Assembly (NCBI GenBank): GCA_965637545.1
Contig: OZ281496.1
Coordinates: forward strand, 26,970,001 to 27,034,000
DNA: 64,000 bases
Origin: Phallusia mammillata
Taxonomy: Eukaryota
Direction of reading: 5' to 3'
Shown: positions 42,501 to 53,228 of the stretch, piece after piece
How positions within the stretch are numbered: position 1 is the first letter of the stretch
Layout of the letters: each line of letters starts with the position of its first letter
The notes under the pieces: generated by a model
Seen by the model: only the letters and a program-made list of their open reading frames with translations
Told to the model about the DNA's origin: nothing
Database searches by the model: none
Translations under genes and position numbers: made by a program

Positions 42501-45500
42501 TGAATGTACACAATAGCAATTAAACCTTTAAAAATACAAATTATTGAGTTGTAAATGGATAATTTAACCAAAAGAAAGTAATTGTTTGTTTTTCTTTGTA
42601 CAAATATCCAACAACAAAAATTATCCTTAAACAGTAAAATAATGTTAGCTTAAAATCAATCACTAACTGTTTTCTTTATTTCAGCATGATAAAAATAATT
42701 AGAACAACAATTAAATCAGACATTATATATTCAGTAATAAGGACTTGGTGGTCATTAACTTGTTTACCTTGATTACATGAAACCCAATAGTGAGAACATT
42801 TGGTTCAGATATGTTGCAGTGCTGTGTTTCTTTTTGTTGCAACTGTACAAGAACACTTCCTTTGTTGTCGTCGGTGATATCGAAGCGAAATTGAGGATTT
42901 TGCACAAAAGTTTCCTGCAAAAACAAAACAAGTGAGCTTGTTTTGATGCGTAATTCTCCAGCTGAGGTGGGGTAAGCACTATTCAATCAGTTTTTAATTT
43001 TATTTTGGTCACACAGTTGATTTACCACACTGATTGAAATATATGATTGTTGAAAATAAGAAAAAATATGCAATTTTGCTTTTCTAAATAAAATGCTACA
43101 TTGTCGGAGTACGTTCACAATAAATGTGGTTACTTAAAACGCAAAGCTTAGTTAAACTCAAACTCAAAAGGCTTTCATTGTTAATAAGTCAAAATTTATA
43201 TTTGAAAAGATGTGCTTTAAAACAACATAACTGGCCACTACATGCATTGTTTGAAGAATTTTAGTATTTTTGCGCATTAAAGCTGCTATAAATTTATTGT
43301 TATTGACAAAAATTATAGGTATGACTTGTTTTGACAAAATAATGCACATTTTCAGCCTCTAAGCATGTTTGAATAGAAAAGCCGACGGCGTGAGCAGAGA
43401 AAATGAGAACAGGATATTACCCCGCCGCAATAAAATCATTTACAGAACATAACAATAGTTCACACAATGGGATGAGAACTTAGGAAATGATGAAAATTTG
43501 TTGTAGTCACGAACAAATTACATGACAGGCATGCTACAGCAGAATGAATGACAAAGTGATGACAGTTACCTTGTGGGACCCAGGGTATCTTTGAATCTTT
43601 GTACACAACATAACACTAAGTTACTGTTATACAGTGGTTATATTACCTGTTAAAATCATCAAAAGTTAACGAGTTAATTAAATTTTTGGTGCAATGTTTT
43701 ACCAAACGCCGGTGTACTTGAAAAGGGGCTTAAAAACAGATATAACAAATACACCGATATTTTGCAGTTACATGAACTTTTTCCATAATACTACACAACA
43801 TGTTCTAAACTTTGCAAAAAAGTACATTTATAATGCGCAATTTCATGGAAATTTTTTTGGTTAAATACTTTTTAGTCCTTTGCTCCAGCATTTTTGATTG
43901 TTTTACTAAGTACAGGGAACATTTATTTAAGACTTTAATGAGAAACCTATATAAAAGTTGGGATACTGGTTTTATGGTGAAGATAAAAAAAATACCATGT
44001 TCATTTCCAGGCATCCACCGGCAGTATTGACAGCAGGGTCAATGTCGGTTTTCCATGATTCAAAAAAGAAAGCTTCTCTCCATGCACCACCAAGCCATGT
44101 TGTGGACTGCATAATGCGGCAAATCGATAAATCAGTGAAGAATTTGCAAAAGTCGTCGAAAGACATCCTGATAAACAAAGATAAGAAGTTAATTGAAACC
44201 AGTAGTACCGAAAATCATTTGGAAAAAAATGTTTAGATTGATTGTTTTTGACAAACTGAAGTTGTTTAAAACCATTTAAACTGTTTACTAACCAGAATTC
44301 GCCATCAGAGTCAAAGGTCAAGCCCATTTTCTTCTGTTCGGACTTGCTAATTTCTTTCCACTCAGCAGAACTGTAAAATTGCACAAGCTTAATTTTTTCA
44401 ACAGAATTACCCAATTTGTAGTTAAAAGAACCTAAATAAACGTCTTTCAATTGTATGAATGTACAGGCAATAAATGTGTAGTACTGCATAAATAAGTGAC
44501 TCTTATTAACAATAAAATAGTTTGAGTCAAATTGTTGGTGGTTTTCTAATGCTGTACATATTTCAATATTCATAGGTCTCAGATTGTATAGGTTGTTTAA
44601 ATTTGAACAGCAAATGTTTGAACATAACAAACAAATTACTTGTCACTCCATTTTCCACTCCATTCTTTTGTCCCTTCTGGATTCCGAAGTCTAACCAGCC
44701 GGATGCGATCAGATCTAAATACAATGGGGTTTTGGACATTTAAAGGATGTTAATCTATGCGTTGGATTGACACAAGCATTTCACATTTTAACTAAACATT
44801 CTAGTTATAGAAACAATGTAAAATAGTTTAGTCGCTAAACAGGAAATGTTGTTCATTTAATTTTCATTGTTATCAGCAAAAAACCTGAACATTTTATGTT
44901 CACATTGTTTCTGATATATGTGATCAAAAACAGGTGCAATAAAAAATGTGTATGTTTACAATTATTTTTACAAAAAGCAGTCAACATAATGTATCTGCAA
45001 AAAACGAACTTGCATTTTGCCCTAGGCACTGGCTCTAAATCAGTGGTTCTCAAACTTTTTTATTGTCGGGGCCAAATGGTATTTTTTAAGTGTGTAGGGA
45101 GCCGCAAAAAAACGAAACTTTGAGAAAATCACTAAAGATTATGACTTTAAAAGCTAAAATAGCAATCTTTGGTGGTTTTCTGAGGTCTGGTGCGAGCCGC
45201 AAAATAAGTAGTTGGGAGCCGCATGCGGCCCTGAAAACCGAGTTTGAGAACCACTGCTCTAAATGGAATGCTGCCTTTGTCACTATAATTATCATCTTTG
45301 ACAAACTAGCAATAATATGTAACCTTTTTAGGCTGCAAATATAAATATTTTTGTCCAGGTTTGAACTTACTTGAAAAAGCTTAGTAGTCCTGTTCCCAGT
45401 TTAATCTCTTTGATAGCATTTACAGCATATGTGTGGCCCAATACCAATCCCTCTGGTGTTTCCGTGCCAAACTCTTCTGGAGTGGGTGGCTTGAAATAAA

Positions 45501-48500
45501 AATATTAATTCATTACAAATTTGTATCCAAAAACAAATTTTTAAAACTTAAATTTGGACAAAGTTTACAAAAAGCTCTAAAAGTAGTTTATGCTTTGAAG
45601 CAAAAGCGTACTACAATTTTTAATTCGAAACAGGAATAAAACAAAATTTCTACTTTAGTTAGTAATAAATTGAAAGGAAAAATACTAGTTTTAAAAGGAT
45701 ATACATTTATAACAGGTTAACAATGAAGCATATCAGTTTTTTTATCTGTTTGGGGTATTTTACTCCTTATTAGACCATAGTTTGGTTGTTAATTTCAACT
45801 GATTCAGGAGAATGAACTGATGTACATATAAAAAGCGGACCCTTAACAACTTACAGTGATCCAACAGGTTGCCATGGAAATGCCTCCAATGGATGTGTCA
45901 GTTAGCTCCATGAACAACTGGTTCTTTGTGTTAGCATCAGTGACTGTGTCACGTATATGTTGTGGCTGAACTATTCCACCAGTTAGATCTTGCAAGATTG
46001 AACCAGCATCCATTGAATTCAACGCTTCATAACACCCAACCAGTCTTCACAGTCATGGAAAACAAAAAAAATAGTGCAAATTCGTGTCCAGAAAATCCAG
46101 AAAAGAAATACAAAATAAAAGTTTTGCTTAACAAGCAAAAAGTTAGTGCAAATGTATACCCAATTAAATGAAACAGCTGAAACAGTTTTGTTATTAGACA
46201 ATAAAATGTAAAAAAAGAAAGATTCTTGCTTCTGATCAGTAGAATATTAGCTTTTTTCCACTTTTTATCGACAGTCCACCACATGTTTGCTTTTTGCAGA
46301 AACTGACGATGACTGTTTTTTAAAAGGCGAAATATATATTTCTGTTATTCAATGAAAGGATTTATGCTTTTTACCTGTTTTTTATACAACAGTCCAATAT
46401 TCCTGATTAAATGATTTGTTTCTAATGGCATGTCCACAATAAAATGTTGTTAATTTATGGCAAAATTTTGTTGCCATAAGGTTTTTGGGGCAAAGTAACT
46501 AAAATGAAGATTTTGAAATGAAGACAAAACCAAAACTAAAAGATTGAAAACAAAAGCACAGTAGCGTAGGTATAAACACAGTTTGACAATTTCTCAGAAA
46601 ATTGCTTTCAACAGTGGTGGCATTTTAACAGGAAGAGAGTGTTTAGGTGTTTCCTTAGCTGCATAGATATGGCCACAAACCTTTGCTTCTTTAAAATTAT
46701 AAACAAAAACACCCTATAGTATCCCATACCTACAGTTCTATACGATACAGTATATATAGTTTGTATTACATTGAACACTCAATATCAAAGTTGGTGTGAT
46801 AAAGATTTTTTATTGTTTATAGTCAGGGTTGCCATACCGTCCTTATTTCTAAGATTTGTCCTTTTTTTGAAGGGTTATGTCTTAGAAAAGTTTATTGTCC
46901 TTATTTCTAAGAAATGTCCTTATTTTTGACTGTAGTCCTTATTTTGTCTTATTTTCAACAGTTACTATAGTCAAACAAGTAAAAGTAACTGCTACATGTA
47001 AAAGTAAACCTAGACCCGGCCTATTGTGAGATGCACTTAGTATTTTCTACGAACAACGAGTTGCTGGAACGGATTGTTTCTGGCCATAAAAGTGCAAATA
47101 TTATGTCATGGCTCGTATAAATGCAAAGATTTGTTCAATAACGTTTGTTTCGTTTCACACAATAATTTAAAGTTTCGGTTGTCCTTATTTTGGGTTTCAA
47201 GTCGATGGCAACCCTGTTTATAGTGCACAAAATCTTGTTAAACCATGTCATTATGTAAAAGCAGTTGATTATCCTTTTTTTGCCAACCAAGTTTTAAATT
47301 AATGGCATATTTTAAATGCACTTTGACATAAAATTTACTGATGTATTTTGTTAGATTTTTGTCGTTCAACAGCCACAAAACATTGGGTTAAAAATCTTTA
47401 AACTTACTTCGCATAAGCCTTCTCCATTAGTGCACTCCAAAATTCATTGCTTTCAGTGGAGTTAACACCACACAGCTTTCCATCTTTACATGGAAGTCTG
47501 TCATCTACTACTACCTCAATCCATACACCAAACCTCCAAAAGCTAAAACATATGAAACATTTGTTGCAGTTGATAATTAGACTGATAGTAAAAGCAAAAA
47601 AAGAGTTCAGTAGCTCGTTTTAAGTGTCACTGGGTAAAATAGCAACCAGTACAGTTAATAAACACTTACCCTTTATTTTTATTTGTTGGTATGTATCCAT
47701 GCCCCCATATACGTTAAAGACAACCGCAAGAAACATTAAACAAGCCATGTTACATGGCCATGCTGCCAATAATTTGCATTTCACAATGTATAACATGATA
47801 TAACACAGTCTGGAACATGCCATGTACACATGACTTGTAGAATAACACTGCAGGTTTAAGGTAACAATATATGCATGCAAAACTTACTTTATAGAAAGTA
47901 TATACAAACACATATATATATATATATTACCGAAATCTAAAAACACCAGAGTAATCTCCTGGTCTTTCTGTGTTCCACTCTTGAGTAGAAATATCAGGAA
48001 CAACCTGAAAAGTTTGGATGTTAAAGTTTAGTCGAAGTACGGTTTCACAAATTCACTATGTAAGATTTCTTGTTCAAACCAGCTAGATGGTGCAAATTTG
48101 AGCTACTAACAGGGTGATAGAGCAAGCAAAAGAATGATGGTGTAAACATTTTAAAATTATCTATTGTCTTCCACCAACAACTAAAATCCCCCCCTCATTC
48201 CATTGGGTTGGAGCCATTTTTCTTAAGTTGCTTGCTCAGGAAAACACAAGTGGATGAGAGAGGATTAGAACCAACAAACTTATGAACACAAAGTCTTAGC
48301 CTAAGTTATTTGTTTACTTACTCTTTTCCACAAATCTTCATAGTTGGCCAGAACTGAACATGCTGCAATAAATGAGGAGCTACCAAACTCTCCACGAATC
48401 AAATCCATGGACGAGGTCCCTTCAATAACCAACCGTGGTGCATTACACAATTCCTACAAGAGATTGAACATTAGTATTAAAAGCTTCAACAAATTATTGG

Positions 48501-48683
48501 GCATCTTACGGAAGGTCTTTTCCACACAATTGAACCAGCATCAGTGTTCTTTAAAAACAAACTTGTAGCCAAAGGTTTGAATTCAGGATCCTCAAAAGGC
48601 TGAGAACTGTCAATGCATTGTTTGCGAATGACTTGGTAATGTTGGTTAGTGTAATACTCCAAGTTTTTCTGATAGTAATCCAT
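39554..48683 (-). CDS. CAPN5/6-like: Calpain-5/6-type protein (CysPc + C2L + C-terminal C2), predicted catalytically inactive
   Basis: Motifs [29 protein letters not shown] (canonical DL-QG-LGNCWF-AAC), [53 protein letters not shown]. The C-terminal C2 ends ...TSDNIYAL* (TAA at 39556-39554). No penta-EF-hand domain. Confidence 0.93.
40360..40504. mobile_element. Tc1/mariner (Tigger-like) MITE, family D copy 2
   Basis: The reverse complement aligns with 17619-17772. The right end GTCCGAATTAACCAAGGTTTACTG is followed by TA. Confidence 0.75.
45041..45256. mobile_element. hAT (Charlie/Buster-type) MITE, family G (216 bp)
   Basis: Perfect TIR CAGTGGTTCTCAAACT/AGTTTGAGAACCACTG. Perfect TSD CTCTAAAT at 45033-45040 and 45257-45264. 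Confidence 0.93.
46824..47216. mobile_element. hAT-type MITE, family H (393 bp)
   Basis: TIR CAGGGTTGCCAT/ATGGCAACCCTG. Perfect TSD TTTATAGT at 46816-46823 and 47217-47224. GTCCTTATTT subterminal repeats. Confidence 0.92.
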
Positions 48684-50860
48684 TTCACTGCAACCCAGCA
48701 ATAACAGTTGTTTTTTTAATATAAAACTTGCAACAATCTGCAAAGAAAAACAAAACAAAGAAAAAGTGTGGATCTTACAAATATAGTTTTTTTTGTCCCT
48801 CTAATGTGGAAATTGTAAATCACTAAAGTGGAAATCTTGTATGCTTTTTGGTTCAACATGCTATCGAATTAAACAGGATTTACAAAATTAAACAAAACAA
48901 AGCACAAGGTTTTACTATCACAGTGAAGGACAGTTCTTATTTGTAAACTTATCAACAAAACTTCATATTTTTAGCTCAAGAAGCCTTGTTTAAATTTAAA
49001 CATGCCTACAGAGAACTTGACATGTACTGTAAAGAAAACAGGTTCTTTCACCAGACGAAATAACTCAAGCCAAAATAAACAGTTAAAGTTCTCTATTAAT
49101 TCCTGAAATAAATTTTAAATCGACTCTTATAAGAATCAAAAACGTTTATCAAATTATACTTTGGTTCAGTTACAATCAGCATAGCCTGGTTATTTTTTGG
49201 TTGTTAGGGACAAATAAAAGTACGCCGAATTTAGTCTGTTATACCTTGTTAGCTTCAACTTCGCTACCACACGCTGCAGTGTGCACATTTGGTAGCCTTC
49301 TGACGTGATCATTAAACCGTGACGACGACAACACCGGATGCTTACTCACGCGTGTCTATAAAATAGAAATCATACAAAACAAAAACAATTTTTTAGTGCA
49401 GACATTTTTAACACTTTTGTAACTCAAAAATTTGTAATTTTAAGAAATTCTACTAATTGCATGTTGCAGATGAATTAAAAAACAACATTTTTGTTGAGTT
49501 ATTTACACTGTAGACCCAAAAATATTTTATTTTTAAAAAGTCGGAATTTTCATTTATTTTTCAGCGCATTTCTAATTCCATAAAAATGCAAAAACTAATC
49601 AATTTTTGGGTTGAGTAGGTTTTTATAGTTAAGCGTTAAGGGCGCTAATGTCAATATACGTGGCCTTGACGAATGCAGAACGCTCCTTAGTGCACGTAAC
49701 CAAAGAGGGGTTCACGGACGCCTGCCATACCGCATTTTTGTGGTCTCCTGCTTAACTGAAAAAGGTAAACGCTTCCGCAGTGATACAAGGTCAGTAAAAA
49801 GCCTAAACCTGAAATTACGTCAGTTAAGTTTTGAACTTACCGAAACGACTCTTGGCGAGACCCAAATGCAAACAGTAGACCCCGCAAAATTGGGGAACCA
49901 GAATTTGTCATTTATGTACCCTTGTTGTATTACAAAGCCAGTGCAATTTAGTTTTACGGCCTCAAAGGTACAATAGCACCGCCAGCACAAGCTTGTAAAA
50001 TGGTCGTCCGTTGGATGCTGTGTTTGCCGACCCCATCGCGTTTTGCGCCCATAAAAATCCCAATGAAACGACACTGGAATCTATTAATTATTTACCTGAG
50101 AAGCTAATTTAACAGACTATTGTTCAGTTTGGCGTGTACGCTTGTTTTATATCACTTTTCTTGGCATATATTTTTTCTATTAGTGTTTAGTCCGCTTGGC
50201 AACCGGCGTGGGGCTGTTGTTAAAAGTTTTGTTGCGAATTGTTCGTGCGTTTTCGGGACAGGTTGTTAGGCAGCAAAAACACACAAGCCTTTTTGTCACC
50301 GAAACAGTCACGTCGTTAGTTGGGTGAAAGCGTTCGCAAAGATTCTAGACAGATCATAGGAAGACGGCCTGCTCAGCATACGCATCTTCACAGTCTCAAC
50401 AAATGAAAAGGAAAAGATAAATAAAGTAGAAAATACGTTTAGGTGGACTTACTGACAAAATTGTAATAGAGATCAGAAGCATAGAGGAGACAAAAAGCTT
50501 TTTATTTGCGTAAATATTCTTCCAGTTTTGTTTCGTTTGGACGTTGGACATTAAAACATGAACGAAACAAATTACATTATGCAGTTATAGATGGCTAGTT
50601 GATTTGCTAAATGGAAGTAAGGTCGAAGTGTTTGCAACGCAAACTAACCATAAATTACAGTCACAGAAAAGTTGCACGATTTTGCTGAGTGTGAATTGAA
50701 AGTTAGGAATAGAAAAGGATGATACAAAACTAGTTCATTTTTGAGTCTTCAAATAGTAAAAAAAATAATAGTAGTTTACATAATGCACAAAAGTGTACAA
50801 AGGGAGGGTTTAGAAATCATTCAAGGAATAACAGGCCCCGGCTTATTCACACAATTATTG

Positions 50861-50936
50861 TGAAACGCTTTGTAGGTAGTTTCAAGTTGTGGAGAATTTA
50901 GATCTCCATGCCTTGCACTGCCTTCAAGGCATTTCA
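50861..50936 (+). ncRNA. mir-196: miR-196 precursor; mature 5p TAGGTAGTTTCAAGTTGTGG starting at 50873
   Basis: The mature arm matches vertebrate miR-196a (UAGGUAGUUUCAUGUUGUUGGG) at all of the first 12 nt and most of the rest. It folds back on TCTCCATGCCTTGCACTGCCTTCA, with a lower stem extending to 50861/50936. Basal UG sits at -14 (50859-50860) and CNNC (CGAC, 50943-50946) 17 nt after the predicted 3p end. Confidence 0.92.
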
Positions 50937-51013
50937 TATCCTCGACAACCAACAACTTAGAATTTATAGTTGTGGTATCCGGATACCAGCAGCACTAACG
51001 CTGCGAGGCAAAA

Positions 51014-51070
51014 ATACCCTGTTTTATGCTAAAACCTGATGACAGTCTAGGTAGCATAACGACAAGGTAT
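51014..51070 (+). ncRNA. Candidate second pre-miRNA; 5p arm TACCCTGTTTTATGCTAAAACC carries the miR-10 seed
   Basis: Manual pairing gives about 21 bp: 17 of the first 18 positions are paired, with one 1-nt and one 3-nt bulge and a small loop. It lies about 80 nt downstream of the miR-196 hairpin on the same strand. Processing motifs are weaker than for miR-196. Confidence 0.55.
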
Positions 51071-53184
51071 CAACGGCCCGTTGGCATAACCAGCGTTGGA
51101 GATTTACAAGACATTAAACATACTTTGTATTAGTCAACCTTAAAAGGGCAATTTATCCGAACTATTAACACGGTAAGTTAAATTTTCTACAGTACGTTTG
51201 GCTAATAAACTAGTGTTTTACTTGGAGTTATGACTTCTTTATTCATGTAAAAAGTAATTCAAATATTATATCATGGTTTGATCTGTTATTTTGTATTGGT
51301 CTTTTGTTCAGTAGTTTCTTACTAAAGCAATTTTGACTAAATATTAAGTATGCGGAGTTCGGTAAGCGACACCGTATTTGTAATACCTCGACACTGTTAA
51401 TTGTGAAAAATAAATAGCGAAAAATAATCGCATACAAAACCTCAGATACACTATTTTAACAATTTCAGTTTCGTTAGTTTCACACGATGTCGTTTTGTTT
51501 CTGGCAGATGTCGTCGATGAAACCATAACAAATCCACCACTACTGGCAAAAGAGAGCAACAAGACTCTTTCCTGATGTGAAGACATGACGAAAATGACCA
51601 AAGAACCAATTAAAGCACTGTAATTTATTCCAAAAGATACCATTGCGCTAACCAATTTGTAATAGCATGCGGCGGCCATTACCACAAATTGATATATATT
51701 GTGACGAATCGTAACAAAAAATGCTGCTTTTTTACTGTAGGCCTATTTGTATAAGATAAAAAAATACAGTTGCCTAATTTTAGCATAGTTTCATTTGCGG
51801 ATTTTATACAGTTACACCCACTCTAATACCGAAACTTTACAACTTATATATCGTCTATCGTTACAATGATGTTGGTTTTTATATTTTTATTTTTTATTTT
51901 AATGTGACTATTTTAAGTGTTTATATATTTTTTTTTTAAATATATATTTTAAAAACATATTTGCATCAATCCAACAACATAGATTATTCTCACATGGGTC
52001 AAGCATTTTAGCCATGTACGTTTTCAAACAATATTAAAGTTCGCCTAAATATAAATTTTAATACTGAATCCGCTTAGTGTACATTTGTTCTAACAAACGC
52101 TACGTTTATTATCATCAATTTAAACTGTAATTCGTTTTGATTAAGCCACTTTTCAAATTTGTGTGTAGCGTTATTAAAATTAAATTTCCCGTGCTTTTTT
52201 TACATCGAGCACCACGTGACCACAAACGCTGGAGGTTGATGAGCGCAGTTAGGTTTTAATCGTTTGCAAGCACATAAAATAAATGGGTTGCCGTCAGACA
52301 CGGCAAATTCCAGGAGTGAACTTTTGACCTTATGCTCGTGAGCTTGAAAGTCATGTCCTATGGTTTTGTTTCCAATTAAACTAAATTTTAATTGTACGAG
52401 TATGTTACGATCGTAGTTAACATTTGTGGCATATTTTAACACTCCTTCGGTCTGTTAGTAAATATAAAATTTGCTCTACTTGTTTTAATTTGTAACATAA
52501 ATTCATGTTAACAAACTTTCTAAAATTGTTCATGCAACAATTAACAAACCATTAGTTTTGGTGTACTTTACTTCAAAAAGTCACAAGCCTATAACTTAAA
52601 ATTTAGGCAAAATATGTAAACTAGGCCACAGTTTAACAAATTTATAAACCAGACTTACCTATACCCTCCAGGTCGCATAGCAAGGTCAAATCAAATCGAT
52701 TCTTAATAGGCATGCAGACAATAAACCATGTTAAGTAAACCACTGGCTGTAAATTAATGATGAGAAACATAGTGACAGTGTTTGTCGTTCCAGTATAGCT
52801 GGTAGCCCGATATGAAAATATGTTCATTACTTCGCGCGACAGTTTATGTAAACGCGTCGTACAAATGACAGACAGTTAATTTACGAGCAGGCATAGCCCG
52901 ATTATATGTACTCGCCATAAGCCGTGGTCCTGCTAATGCTCAGCTCACTGCGCACGTGTTTGCACAGTTCGACGACCCTATACAGGCAGAATGTGCATTC
53001 CAAAGACGCCATAAAACGCATTCTGAAACCAACATGCTCCTTTTTAAAACAGTGGGCTCGTTTTTGAGACGTTTTTTGCTGTAGGCATAATTTAGGACCA
53101 GCGCTGATAACTTAATAGAGAAATCTTGCGAAGTCCTAATTAGCTTAGTAATTCAGAGCTCTGGAAAACATTTTTTTCTCCATA

Positions 53185-53228
53185 GATTTTTACGGGCACG
53201 ATTAATAAACTGATTTTTACGGGCACGA
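53185..53228. repeat. Two 17-bp direct repeats GATTTTTACGGGCACGA (period 27)
   Basis: Exact copies at 53185-53201 and 53212-53228, separated by TTAATAAACT. Confidence 0.9.

Noticed and set aside
45868-45881. Near-perfect RFX X-box GTTGCCATGGAAAT
   Set aside because: It lies inside a calpain coding exon (ISMAT codons), far from any promoter, so it is most simply coincidental.
51344-51685. 113-aa hydrophobic minus-strand ORF near the miRNA hairpins
   Set aside because: The hydrophobicity reflects T-rich sequence, and there is no domain or splice support.
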